Source: Akkermansia muciniphila (lineage in GTDB: Bacteria > Verrucomicrobiota > Verrucomicrobiia > Verrucomicrobiales > Akkermansiaceae). From it: a stretch of DNA of 64,000 bases. The translations under genes were made by a program, and so were the position numbers. Positions 47,574 to 57,031 of this stretch are shown here, piece after piece (the first letter of the stretch is position 1; the number at the start of each line of letters is the position of its first letter). Under the pieces are notes generated by a model. It was not told where the DNA came from and made no database searches. It saw nothing but the letters and a program-made list of their open reading frames with translations. The stretch covers positions 4,885 to 68,884 of the forward strand of contig CAMCIC010000012.1 of assembly GCA_945874895.1 (NCBI GenBank). The letters are read 5' to 3'.

Positions 47574-47878
47574 CCCCGGCTTTCGTCCAAGCAAAGAGCA
47601 GCGCTTGCTGATGGGCGTGGTCTGCGGGAAAGTCGACGGTGATATCCGGACCGGCGGGCGTGAAAACCGGTTGAATGTAGCCGCTCTGGCGGAAGCGAGG
47701 TTCGATGCCTTACGGACTAGTCTTTCGGTTTTGACATATTCCATAACAGGGTTGCCGTGCAGGGTGAGCGGATCTGATCTTCCGTTTCCGTGAGTTCCAG
47801 TTACCCAGCGCAAACCGAATAAGTGAGGGCATAGAATGCATAGGCAAGCAAAGGAGCGAGGCATCGGGGATGCTTCAT
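47455..47878 (-). pseudogene. decayed Gfo/Idh/MocA-type oxidoreductase gene (terminal gene of the operon)
   Basis: The ATG at 47878 overlaps the upstream stop (ATGA) and opens a 25-codon signal-like ORF, MKHPRCLAPLLAYAFYALTYSVCAG*. The rest is split over other frames. The last roughly 83 codons (...DFPADHAHQQALLFAWTKAGVDGKEFSPYGEEGLRDLLVIDAIYRPIQSGKVEKV...) align with the C-terminus of the intact gene at 57139-58221. Only about 140 codons remain, against about 360 in the paralog. Confidence 0.65.
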
Positions 47879-48723
47879 GGGTTCGCTTTCCTATTGGTAT
47901 CGGGGTTTTCGGCATTAAGGACGCTGACCCGAAAATTTCCGTAGCGGGCGGAGCGGGTAAACATGTGGCGGAGGCCGATGCGGCCTTCGGTGATGACCGG
48001 CAACTTGGCGTTTTGCAGGTGGCAGTAACGGACTTCGTCGGGATTTTGGACGCGGACATGGAGGTCGCGGTCGCGCTTTATGATGGTGATGTGGTGTTTC
48101 ACACCGCTGGCGAAGAGCGTATCGAAGTGATAGTCGGGCGTAAGTTCCGTGCCCTTCAGTCCTTTGGCATGTGGCATGTAGCGGCGGCCGCGGATGTAGG
48201 ATGTTTTATGCTGTCCGGAGTCTCCGAATGCGGCGTAGCTGAGATGGTAGGTGTGCATGTTGTCGTAGTAGGTGCTCATGGCGGGCACTTTGCGCAGTTC
48301 GTTCCACTTCGTGATTTCTTTGGCGAACCTGCCTTTGCCGCTGCCGGTGGCCTGAATGTAAAGTATCGTCACGAATTGGGATGCCTCATCGGTGCGCGTG
48401 TAGTCGTATTCGATCTTGAGGTCGCCAGCGAATTTCCGCTTCGTCCAGAGCACCATATGGTGGGCGTCGTTTTTGGATTCGGGTCCGGCGGTGAGGGTCA
48501 TTCCTTCGGGGCTGTTGGCCACGGAGCCGACCTCGCCGTCGAGAAACCATTTCTCTTTCCAAGAGCCGGTGCCGTCGTCGGCGAAGATTTCCTGCCACTT
48601 GGCGGAGGCGGCTTGCTCGAAGGCGGTGCGTTCTTGGGGATTCTTCTCCTCGTCGGCTCGGGTCGGTGAAACAGTGAATGCCAGCAGCAATACCAAGAAG
48701 GTCTTTCCAGAAAAGTTCTTCAT
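47875..48723 (-). CDS. secreted ConA-like/DUF1961-like protein
   Basis: 282 aa with the signal MKNFSGKTFLVLLLAFTVSPTRA. It looks beta-rich, and blocks such as WFLDGE...MVLWTKRKF.GDLKIEYDY...TYHLSYAAF...GRIGLRHM resemble the DUF1961 (YesU-like) / LamG-fold family as I recall it. The family call is tentative. Confidence 0.6.
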   Translation of the reverse strand: MKNFSGKTFLVLLLAFTVSPTRADEEKNPQERTAFEQAASAKWQEIFADDGTGSWKEKWFLDGEVGSVANSPEGMTLTAGPESKNDAHHMVLWTKRKFAGDLKIEYDYTRTDEASQFVTILYIQATGSGKGRFAKEITKWNELRKVPAMSTYYDNMHTYHLSYAAFGDSGQHKTSYIRGRRYMPHAKGLKGTELTPDYHFDTLFASGVKHHITIIKRDRDLHVRVQNPDEVRYCHLQNAKLPVITEGRIGLRHMFTRSARYGNFRVSVLNAENPDTNRKANP

Positions 48724-48769
48724 CTTTTGGGAATTGGATTTCGAAGCGAAGGATGTTGAAAACTCCAGA

Positions 48770-49453
48770 CTATTGAGGCTTTTCAGCGACAGAGAGGATT
48801 GCTTTGACTAAGGGTGGGTGGAGGGGGTGGCCTCGTTTTTGCATTTCGGCGGCGTATTTGTCGGGGGGAGGTTGTTTTTCGTCGGATTTGAATTTTGCCA
48901 TGGCGTAGGCGTGGAGGTCGAGGACGGGGACTTTGAATTTTGCCATGACGCGGGCGGCGATGGCGTTGTATTCCTTTTCGGAATCCCCATCGAAGAGGTG
49001 GCCGTTGTTCAAGGGGGTGGTGGAGCCCCAGATGAGTTTGGCTTTAGAGCCGGTGAGGTGCTGGACGATGGCATCGAGGTTCTTTTCATACTGGTCGGGG
49101 CTGGAAACCCGCACGCCGCCCGCGTCTTTGTTCATGATGCGGATTTCTTTGCTGGCCGGATCTTTGTAGAACAAATCGCCGATGCCGAAGTTGAAATAGA
49201 TGATGTCGTATGGTTTGTCGCCAAGGAGTTGGTCGATGCGGGCGAGGGCGCTACCGCTGTCGTTGGCACTGCCAGGCGGCGGGTATTGAAAGTTGGCCTT
49301 GCCGGTGAGTTCCTTGGCGGCGGCTTGGACGATACCCTGTTGCACAGGATCACCTAGGAAGAGGACTTGCAGGATTTTTTTGTCCTGTGCTGTGGCTGCG
49401 GGTGAGAGGAGGAGAGTGAGCGAGAACAGGAGAAATTTCATGCGATGGAACAT
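48770..49453 (-). CDS. SGNH/GDSL-type hydrolase (esterase)
   Basis: 227 aa; an alternative ATG at 49441 gives MKFLLFSLTLLLSPAATAQ. SGNH-like blocks: VLFLGDPV, IIYFNFGIGD, LIWGSTTPL. Confidence 0.65.
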   Translation of the reverse strand: MFHRMKFLLFSLTLLLSPAATAQDKKILQVLFLGDPVQQGIVQAAAKELTGKANFQYPPPGSANDSGSALARIDQLLGDKPYDIIYFNFGIGDLFYKDPASKEIRIMNKDAGGVRVSSPDQYEKNLDAIVQHLTGSKAKLIWGSTTPLNNGHLFDGDSEKEYNAIAARVMAKFKVPVLDLHAYAMAKFKSDEKQPPPDKYAAEMQKRGHPLHPPLVKAILSVAEKPQ

Positions 49454-49458
49454 GGAGC

Positions 49459-50805
49459 TCAGGCGAGGATTTCGGTAAGTTCGCCGGTGCTGTCGGCGAA
49501 TTTTTCGACGGGGGCATCGACGGCGTTGAGCATGGAAACAAATAGGTTGGAGAGCGGCTTTTTGCGGTCGCCCTCGAAGTTGTGGAGGTGTCCGTGCTTG
49601 AAGCCGAGGCGCTTGCCGCCAGCGATTTGGATGGGGTAGTCCTTGGTACCGTGCGAGCCGTGAGGGTGGGCGGATCCCCAGAGCACGACCGTGTTATCGA
49701 GCATGTTGCCATCGCCTTCCGGGGTGTCTTTGAGACGCTTGAGGAAATAGGCGTGCTGCTCGGCGCGCCACTTCTCCCACTGGCCGGAGGCTGCCTCGGG
49801 GCGCTTGTGGGCGATGTCGTGGGTGCCTCCGCTATAGTTAAAGAGTACGTTGGCGAAATTGCCGACGAGGTTTCCGACGGAGTGCTCGCTCTCGGTCAGG
49901 AAAGTGGCGAAGCGTGTGGAATCGGTCTGAAAGGCGAGATAGATCAGGTCATACATGCAGCGGATGTATTCGGTTGGCTGGTGGTAGCTTGCTTCGAGGT
50001 TGAGGCCTTTGGTGTCGATCTTTGGAAGCTCCTCATGAGTCCATTTGCTGGTGCGCTCGACGCGTTGCTCGATGGCGCGGACGGACTCGAGGTATTCGTC
50101 CATTTTCTGGCGGTCTTCGACGCCGAGTTTGCCGTGAAGGGTTTTGTAGTTTTCCATCATGATGTCGAGGACACTCGCTTCGCGTTTCAGGCGGGCACGG
50201 ACATCTTCGACGCTGAGGTTGGCGTAAGGGCGGAACAGGCGGTTGAAGATTTCCTGGGGCTTTTCGAGAGCAGGGATGGGCTGGCCTGGGCCGGAATGCG
50301 ATAGGGTCTTGGACATGCCGTAGGATCCGGTGCCGCCTTCGCTGCCCAGCACGAGGGACGCGTAGCGGGTGTGGTGGCCGTTGAGCTTGGCGGCGAGCTG
50401 ATCGATGGAAATGTTGTTGGTTTTTTCCAAGCCGGCTAGGTCGGCACCAGTGGAGAAGACATCGCCGCTGCTGTGGCCACCGAGTCGATAGCCACCGGCG
50501 TGATCGAGACCGCGGAGGTAGGTGAGGGAGCCCTTGACGTCTTCGAAGGGGGCGGAGGCTTTGTTGAGCGTAATCGGCCCGGAATCGTGGCGCGGATACC
50601 AGCTCCATTCGTGGGATTTGCCGTCGGGCATGTTCGGATCATAAACCCCATAGGCGATGTAGCTAATAAGCATCCGTTTGGGATATTGCTTCGCAGCGGC
50701 AGCACCGGTCGCCCAACTCATGCTGTTTAGGAAAGGAAGGGCGAGGGCGATACCGCCTCCACGGAGGACATCGCGACGGTTCATGTGGTGGGATTTCATG
50801 TTCAT
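49459..50805 (-). CDS. DUF1552-family protein, TAT signal
   Basis: 448 aa with the twin-arginine signal MNRRDVLRGGGIALALPFL and a conserved C-terminal LWGSAHPHGSHG block. Its ATG overlaps the stop of the upstream DUF1592-family gene (ATGA at 50802-50805). Confidence 0.8.
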   Translation of the reverse strand: MNMKSHHMNRRDVLRGGGIALALPFLNSMSWATGAAAAKQYPKRMLISYIAYGVYDPNMPDGKSHEWSWYPRHDSGPITLNKASAPFEDVKGSLTYLRGLDHAGGYRLGGHSSGDVFSTGADLAGLEKTNNISIDQLAAKLNGHHTRYASLVLGSEGGTGSYGMSKTLSHSGPGQPIPALEKPQEIFNRLFRPYANLSVEDVRARLKREASVLDIMMENYKTLHGKLGVEDRQKMDEYLESVRAIEQRVERTSKWTHEELPKIDTKGLNLEASYHQPTEYIRCMYDLIYLAFQTDSTRFATFLTESEHSVGNLVGNFANVLFNYSGGTHDIAHKRPEAASGQWEKWRAEQHAYFLKRLKDTPEGDGNMLDNTVVLWGSAHPHGSHGTKDYPIQIAGGKRLGFKHGHLHNFEGDRKKPLSNLFVSMLNAVDAPVEKFADSTGELTEILA

Positions 50806-53516
50806 TGTTTTGATTTTGTGATGGGAGTTCTGAAAAATTCGCTGCGGCAGATGGTGAGGATCATATCCTGGAAGCGGTATTCGCTTTTTTCGGATTGTTT
50901 GAGAAGTTCTTCGACCGTGTAGCGATCTTGATAAGTGAGAGAACGACCGATGCCATAGGTGAGCAGACGGCGGATGGCGTTTTCGGCAACATCTTTCTTG
51001 CGGTCTTTCAGTAAGTATTCCTTGAGTTCCTTCATACCTGACACCTCTGGACCGTTGGGAACGCGGGCGGCGGAATCGACCGGTATGGTGTTGACGGTTT
51101 TCAAATAGTCGGCGTATGCCTGCAGGTTGCCGTCTAATTTCTCACTGAACTTGCGGACGGTGGCGCCGTTTTTGGGAATTTTGGGCTGGAATTGGCCAAT
51201 GGCGTTGTATTCCTCGAAAAGAATGCCCCAGGGGTCGAGACGGGCATGGCAGTCGTTGCAGGATTCCACAGTGCGGTGGATGCGCAGCATTTCCTTGATA
51301 GTCGTGGCGTTGTTGGCTTCCTCGCCTGCGGTGTCAGTCAGAGCGGGCACTTCGGCGGGTGGCGGTGCCACCTCATCGCCTAGGATCGCCTCACGCAGCC
51401 ATACAGCGCGGTAAATCGGGTGCGGCGCGGAGCCTGTGCCGTTGCCAATGAGCACTGATCCCTGGGTGGGCAAGCCACCGAGATACGTGTCCGGCGCGAG
51501 GGGAACAGCGCGGAATTCCAGACCTTGAACGCCCTTGATCCCGTAGTGGGCGGCGAGCGGTTCGTTGAGCCACGCGAAATCGGAATGGACGATGTTCATC
51601 ACACTGGCGTTGCGGCGGATCAATTCGCCGATGAAGCCGACGGTTTCATCGATCATGTAATCGCGGATGGTCGGGCGGAACAGCTCCTCCTGGCCGAATC
51701 TCTCGCCGTTCGGCACGGTGAAAAGAAAGCGCGGGAAGAGCTGGCGGTTGATGTTGACCGCCTTGGTTTTCTCGATGCTGAGCCATTGGGTCGTGAAGTT
51801 CCGGATGAAGTCCTTGGCGCGGTCGTCGGCGAGCATGCGGCGTGCCTGCGCTTCGATCACGGCGGGGTCATCGAGTTTTTTTCCGGCTGCTAGGGCGAGC
51901 AGTTCGTCGTCAGGAAGGCTGCCCCAGAGGAAATAGGAGAGCCGCGAGGCCAGTTCGTAGCCGGGCGTGGTCAGTCCATCAGTGGCCACGGCATGGTAGA
52001 GAAATTGTGGCGAGGTGAGCACCATGGCTAGCGTTTCGCGCATGGTTTCCTCAATCGTATCGAAAGACGGCTCAAGCATCTTGTAGATTTTGAAGAACCG
52101 CTCCCGCTCGTCTTGGCTAGCCGGGCGGCGGAAGGCACGCGAGATGAATCTCTCCAGAACGCCACGAATGTATTCATCGGGATCTGCGGAGCTCAACGAC
52201 GACTCGGGGAGGATGCGGGTATGGTGGGCGGGTGGCCAGACATCGATCACGGGAGCCTCGAACTCAATCGTTCGAATCACAGCTCGGGGCACGGAGTTCT
52301 GCCACGAGGTGTCGAGGTGATTGATGCGGTGGTCGTTAAGTTGGCCATTATCGAACAGGTTCTGCGGATTGATGTATCGCTTAGGAGGCAGATGGCCTTT
52401 TGCCGTCACCATCCCGACTTGGATCGGGTGGTTCTCGATGCGGCCGCGAAACTCGAAATCTCGCATGTTATCGACCGAGTTGCTCAGATACAACATTCCG
52501 ACGGGCGCGTAATCCCCCGTACCAAAGTCACTGCGCAGATGACTTCCCATCACGATGCGGAGCGGCACCTCCTTGAAGCCCTGGGGCAGGATGGCGGCGG
52601 CCTTGATGCGGATGCGGTATTCGCCGGTGTCAGGCCACGAATCGACCGCAACTCCGCTGGCAATGCTGCCGCGGCTATTGCTGTAAATGCCGAGTTCGTC
52701 CGATTTCGCGGAAGCGAAGGCCGGTCCCTCGGACCCAAAAGTCCATTTCTGGCGATGCACCTTCGGCTTGCCCGGATCGACGATGGCACTGGCAAGGGCG
52801 CGGCGAGCCGTCTTCAGATAGCGTTCGAGCTGTTCTGGTCCGAGCAACATGAACTCGGCGTTGTTGTTGAAATGATAGGGTTTCGCGGGATCCTGTGGGA
52901 GATCCTTGATGAGTTTGAGGTCGATGCCCAGCAGATCGCGCATCGTGTTCTGGTATTCGAAGTTTGTGAGCCGCCGGGCGAGCGGAGCAGCTTCCACATC
53001 GGCAGCCTTCGCGACGTGATCGCGCATCCCCTGATCGATCCATCCCTTCACTGCCTCGCGCTCGGCGGAGGTCGGCTGTTTCTCGTCCTCGGGCGGCATT
53101 TCCTCCAAATCCATGACTTCAAGGATCTTCTCCCAGCGTTCCATCTCTCCGTCCGCGCCTGCAGCCAGATCGCCGTCAAGAGTGTGCAAGGTGATCTTAC
53201 CCTTGCTCTTATCAGGGCCGTGACACTTGATGCAGTAGGTTTCGAAAAACGGTTTAATGTGGGAGCGGTGCCCCGCCTCGCCCGCCGGAATCGCATGGCT
53301 GTCGGTCGAGCCCGTCGCTTGGGAGGTTTTCGGTTCTACCTCGGCAGACGCTCCGCACATGACCCAAAAACAAGCCAATGACCAAAAAATGATTATTCTA
53401 GTCACATCCCTGCTCGGGGTAAGATATGATACAAAATTCATTCGGAAAGATGTGTCGTAATCATGCCCCTTCAACCATGCATACAATAGATCTTTGGGTA
53501 TGAAGGAGCTTCTCAT
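50802..53516 (-). CDS. PSCyt3/DUF1587/DUF1592/DUF1595/DUF1588/DUF1585 multidomain protein
   Basis: 904 aa. CXXCH motifs at CIKCHG and CNDCHARLDPWG. Blocks: LTNFEYQNTMRDLLG, FISRAFRRPAS, SPQFLYH, LASRLSYFLWGSLPDDELL, FTTQWLSIEK. The ATG at 53516 overlaps the upstream stop by 1 nt (TGATG). An alternative ATG at 53441 gives a more conventional signal peptide. Confidence 0.85.
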   Translation of the reverse strand: MRSSFIPKDLLYAWLKGHDYDTSFRMNFVSYLTPSRDVTRIIIFWSLACFWVMCGASAEVEPKTSQATGSTDSHAIPAGEAGHRSHIKPFFETYCIKCHGPDKSKGKITLHTLDGDLAAGADGEMERWEKILEVMDLEEMPPEDEKQPTSAEREAVKGWIDQGMRDHVAKAADVEAAPLARRLTNFEYQNTMRDLLGIDLKLIKDLPQDPAKPYHFNNNAEFMLLGPEQLERYLKTARRALASAIVDPGKPKVHRQKWTFGSEGPAFASAKSDELGIYSNSRGSIASGVAVDSWPDTGEYRIRIKAAAILPQGFKEVPLRIVMGSHLRSDFGTGDYAPVGMLYLSNSVDNMRDFEFRGRIENHPIQVGMVTAKGHLPPKRYINPQNLFDNGQLNDHRINHLDTSWQNSVPRAVIRTIEFEAPVIDVWPPAHHTRILPESSLSSADPDEYIRGVLERFISRAFRRPASQDERERFFKIYKMLEPSFDTIEETMRETLAMVLTSPQFLYHAVATDGLTTPGYELASRLSYFLWGSLPDDELLALAAGKKLDDPAVIEAQARRMLADDRAKDFIRNFTTQWLSIEKTKAVNINRQLFPRFLFTVPNGERFGQEELFRPTIRDYMIDETVGFIGELIRRNASVMNIVHSDFAWLNEPLAAHYGIKGVQGLEFRAVPLAPDTYLGGLPTQGSVLIGNGTGSAPHPIYRAVWLREAILGDEVAPPPAEVPALTDTAGEEANNATTIKEMLRIHRTVESCNDCHARLDPWGILFEEYNAIGQFQPKIPKNGATVRKFSEKLDGNLQAYADYLKTVNTIPVDSAARVPNGPEVSGMKELKEYLLKDRKKDVAENAIRRLLTYGIGRSLTYQDRYTVEELLKQSEKSEYRFQDMILTICRSEFFRTPITKSKQ

Positions 53517-55450
53517 CAGCGAGTGAAATCTAGGATTTTCTTTTGCCCGCCCTTTTGGATGGTCACCACGCCTTTGTCGTAGTCTGCATTGAGGAAAGGG
53601 CTTTCGAGAACTTTCGGCGGGGTGTAATCCACCGGTTTTTCGTTGATGGTCGGCGTTTGTTTTTGGCTGGTGTCGAAACTGAGGCGGTCTCCGTAAACGG
53701 TTTGGTAAACCAGCAGCGCGCCGTTCATCTCCGGCTTGCTGGCCTTCACCTTGGTCCTGAAGTCCTCGAAGGTTTTGAAATCTTTTTTGGCCATGACTTC
53801 GAGGATGACGGCGGCGAAGTCGTCTTTTGGCAGGATTGTTCTGCCCGGAGGAGCGATGCGTATGTCGCCCTCAATCGATGGGTTCGAGACCTGTTTATCC
53901 GCGAGTTCGAATTCACTGCCGACCACACGGACGGCGGCGTAGGCTCCTTTTGTTTCGACGAAAACCAGCTCGCCGTCGCGCACGGGTTTGCCGATGCCTT
54001 CCTCCGAGATCCAGACGATCATGGGGCCGCCAGCCTTATTGCCTTTCAGCTTCTGGGTGATCAGGCTGCCCTTGCTCTGCACCGACCAGTGGCCGTTGAG
54101 CACGTCGCGCGCCTTGCCCGCCGGGCGGACGACGGGAACGATGCGCGCGCCGGGGCTGTCGCCGAAGACGACGCCCTGCCAGCGGCTTTGGGCGCTGATG
54201 TGAACCCAGTCTTTCAGCGGCCGCGCCTCTGTCATCAGGGTGCCGATGGTAAAGGCTGGATCGCAGTAGCTGTAACGGACGATACCGCCGCCATCGGTGC
54301 GGAATTTGTTGGGTGTCACGCCATCCGCCATCACGGCGTTTTCGGTGCCTTGCTCGCCAAGTCCCTGGGCACGCTGGCGGATTTCATAGGGGCCGTCCGC
54401 GCGGGAAGCATGGGCGATTTCCGCCACCAAGGAGGGCGGTTGGTAGTCACTGAGCAAGGCGTTGAGCTCGGTGGTGGCGTCCTTGTCCTGCGAGCCGATG
54501 CCGAAATAATACCAGCCGAGGGCAGGGATTCCATGGGTGCCATGCTTGAAGCCGTTTACGTTGCGGACGCGGGTCTTGCCGCCGCCTTCGACTCCGTCGA
54601 GTTGTTCCTGGGACCAATAAGCCCAGTAGAGATCGAGCAGCATTTCGGCAGACTTGCTCACTTCTGGCTCGCCGAAGTCGCGGAAATTATGAAATCCTTT
54701 GAGCCAGACGGTATTGTAACCGGGGCACATGATCTCGATGCAGACGCCCTTTTTCGCACGCTCGCGGCAATAGACAACGATGTATTCGTTCCATGCGCGA
54801 TAATGTTGCTCGAGCGTGGAGCCGCCAACGAGTTTTAGCTCCCGGTATTCGGGTTTGTTTCTCGCGATCTTGGAGAAGTGCCAATGTGTGGTGAAGTCCA
54901 TGGCATGATGGTTCTCGGTGCTGTGAAATTGCCAAGTCTTTGTTGTGGCGTGATCCGGCTTGTTGTATTTCGCGCTTGTTTTGACATAGATCCAGATCGG
55001 TTTCAGGCAGGCGACCTCGGTCTCGGCGGTGAGGCGTCCGGCATGGACTTTGCCTTCCGGGCCATACATGTCGATCAGGCGCATGACGATGTCTGCGTGC
55101 CAATGGAAGCTATCGCGGTCGATGATGTCCTTGGGGTTGTCGAGGTAGTGTTGAGCATTTTCGAAGAGGGCGGCGTTGGCCTCGTCGAGCATTTCGCCGA
55201 GGTAGAAGCACCGCGCAGCGTAGCCGACGATGGAGTAGGAATAGGCGCGCGTGTAGTTGCCGCTTCCGGGACGCAGCGGCGGCTCTTTTTTGGCACGCTT
55301 GAGCGGTTGACCAGTCACGGCGCGAAACATTGCTTCCACACGGACTTTGAATCCGTCAACTGCTTGATCCTGTTGCGTTGCTTTAGCAGATGCGCCGAGA
55401 GATGCTAGCAAGAAAATCAGGATGAGCTTGCATGGTAAGTAGCTTGTCAT
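53516..55450 (-). CDS. hypothetical secreted protein, possibly polysaccharide-lyase-like
   Basis: ORF 53516-55591 trimmed to the ATG at 55450 (MTSYLPCKLILIFLLASLGASAKA, signal), giving about 644 aa. The helix-rich N-terminal half and beta-rich C-terminal half remind me of heparinase II/III-type lyases, but I cannot point to diagnostic motifs. Function is uncertain; the CDS itself is well supported. Confidence 0.7.
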   Translation of the reverse strand: MTSYLPCKLILIFLLASLGASAKATQQDQAVDGFKVRVEAMFRAVTGQPLKRAKKEPPLRPGSGNYTRAYSYSIVGYAARCFYLGEMLDEANAALFENAQHYLDNPKDIIDRDSFHWHADIVMRLIDMYGPEGKVHAGRLTAETEVACLKPIWIYVKTSAKYNKPDHATTKTWQFHSTENHHAMDFTTHWHFSKIARNKPEYRELKLVGGSTLEQHYRAWNEYIVVYCRERAKKGVCIEIMCPGYNTVWLKGFHNFRDFGEPEVSKSAEMLLDLYWAYWSQEQLDGVEGGGKTRVRNVNGFKHGTHGIPALGWYYFGIGSQDKDATTELNALLSDYQPPSLVAEIAHASRADGPYEIRQRAQGLGEQGTENAVMADGVTPNKFRTDGGGIVRYSYCDPAFTIGTLMTEARPLKDWVHISAQSRWQGVVFGDSPGARIVPVVRPAGKARDVLNGHWSVQSKGSLITQKLKGNKAGGPMIVWISEEGIGKPVRDGELVFVETKGAYAAVRVVGSEFELADKQVSNPSIEGDIRIAPPGRTILPKDDFAAVILEVMAKKDFKTFEDFRTKVKASKPEMNGALLVYQTVYGDRLSFDTSQKQTPTINEKPVDYTPPKVLESPFLNADYDKGVVTIQKGGQKKILDFTR

Positions 55451-55812
55451 TTGAGTTTGTTTTGTTCTTAATAATCTTTTTTTGCAGGACAGAAGCTGGA
55501 GCAGCGTGGCCGCAACAACCCAGGGAGAAAGAAGAATGGGTGATGGCGGGCTACTCGAAAAATCGAGCGCGAAAAATCTCTCTCCATTCATCCGCCTGTC
55601 TCAAATCTTCGTTTTATCCTTAAATTCTTGGCTATTTTTGAGGCTGTCGAACATGGAAAAAAAGTTGCGAGATTGATCTTTTGAAACAGCCTTGCAAAGT
55701 GATTCATTATTTCGACACCGCTAAAAAGGTCCCAACAAACTTGCACGAGTAGTCATGCTCATACAATACTTTTTTATCTACCAACTCTGCCAATTTTGTT
55801 GTAGTTAGATTT

Positions 55813-56892
55813 ATGCCCAACGTATCTGTTTCAACAGTCACCGCACAGGTGGTATCTCACCTGAGGGAGAGGATACTTCTTCGTGAATGGCGGAACTACC
55901 TTCCGGGGCGTGATCGCCTGGCGATGGAAATGGGAGTGAGCCACATGACTGTCGGTCGAGCGTTAGCGCAACTGGAAAAAGAAGGCCTAGTGGCTACTCA
56001 AGGGCATGGTCGTCGCCGACGTATCGTGCTACCAGAGACAGGATGGAAACCTCGCAAACTTCAGATCGCCATACTTCGCTTCGAAGCTGATGATACCAAG
56101 CTTTACTTCGTGGTGGAGTTTGTGCACCAACTGCGCGAAGCGGGACATCAGGTGCACTTCGCAGATCAGACACAGAGTAATTTGAAGCTCGATGTCAAGC
56201 GTATCGCGAAACTAGTAGAAAAGACCGAAGCCGATGCGTGGATTGTCATAGCTGGGTCCAATGACATCCTGGAATGGTTTGCCTCACAACCCACTCCCTG
56301 CTTTGGCCTTTTTGGCTCGATATCGATACACCCTATAGCAGGAGCCGGCCCGAGCAAAAAACAAGCCTATGTTCAAGCAGCAAGGAGGTTAGTGGAATTA
56401 GGGCACCGCCGAATAGTAGTGCTGACCCGTTTGGCTGCACAAACAACCTTTATGGAGCAGTTCTTGGAAGAATTAAAAGCCTTGAAAATTCCAGTGAATG
56501 ACTACAACAGACCAGTTTTTTCTGATTCTCCAGAAGACTTACAGCGGCTTCTCACATCGCTTTTTGCTACGACTCCACCCACCGCTATCGTTGCTGGAAA
56601 TCTCGATATGTTTCAGGTGGTGCAACAATTTCTTGCTCGACGTAAACTTCTTATACCTGAGGACGTCTCCCTTATTTCTGGCGACCCCGATCCCACCTTC
56701 TGTTGGTGCAGACCAACAATCGCACACTTCTCTTGGGACAGCACTCCGTGGGTGCGACGTATCGTGCGCTGGGCGGAAAATATCGCACTCGGCAAAACAG
56801 ATACGCGCAAAGCGATTACGCAGGCGGAATTTATCGATGGAGGAACGATTGGGTCGGTATTTCATGATGAAACTAAGCAAAGCACTGCGTAG
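55813..56892 (+). CDS. AraR-type chimeric regulator (GntR-family wHTH plus LacI/PBP1-type sugar-binding domain), paralog B
   Basis: 359 aa. HTH: LAMEMGVSHMTVGRALAQLEKEGLVATQGHGRRRRIV. The C-terminal blocks are shared with 46195-47265. It is divergent from the 55450-47875 operon. Confidence 0.8.
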   Translation: MPNVSVSTVTAQVVSHLRERILLREWRNYLPGRDRLAMEMGVSHMTVGRALAQLEKEGLVATQGHGRRRRIVLPETGWKPRKLQIAILRFEADDTKLYFVVEFVHQLREAGHQVHFADQTQSNLKLDVKRIAKLVEKTEADAWIVIAGSNDILEWFASQPTPCFGLFGSISIHPIAGAGPSKKQAYVQAARRLVELGHRRIVVLTRLAAQTTFMEQFLEELKALKIPVNDYNRPVFSDSPEDLQRLLTSLFATTPPTAIVAGNLDMFQVVQQFLARRKLLIPEDVSLISGDPDPTFCWCRPTIAHFSWDSTPWVRRIVRWAENIALGKTDTRKAITQAEFIDGGTIGSVFHDETKQSTA

Positions 56893-57031
56893 CGGCATCC
56901 ACGCACAAAGCACATCCGGACGAACGTGATTCATGGCTAAAACAAGAGTGAGGAGCGCTAAGCAAAGGTCAATTGCAAGCCCATGGAGCATTGGAATCTA
57001 AATTTGCTTGGGCATTTTTAAGAGTATAAAA

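Noticed and set aside
47520-48669. ORFs 47520-48059 (minus strand, 179 aa) and 47836-48669 (plus strand, 277 aa).
   Set aside because: The first runs across the oxidoreductase relic in a mixed frame and overlaps the 3' end of the DUF1961-like gene. The second is antisense to that gene. Neither has motifs. The region is better explained as a pseudogene plus a real minus-strand CDS.
52113-54838. Antisense ORFs of 422 aa (52113-53381) and 431 aa (53543-54838) opposite the DUF1592-family and lyase-like genes.
   Set aside because: The reasoning is the same. The sense-strand proteins carry clear family motifs or signal peptides, and the antisense products look compositionally biased and motif-free.
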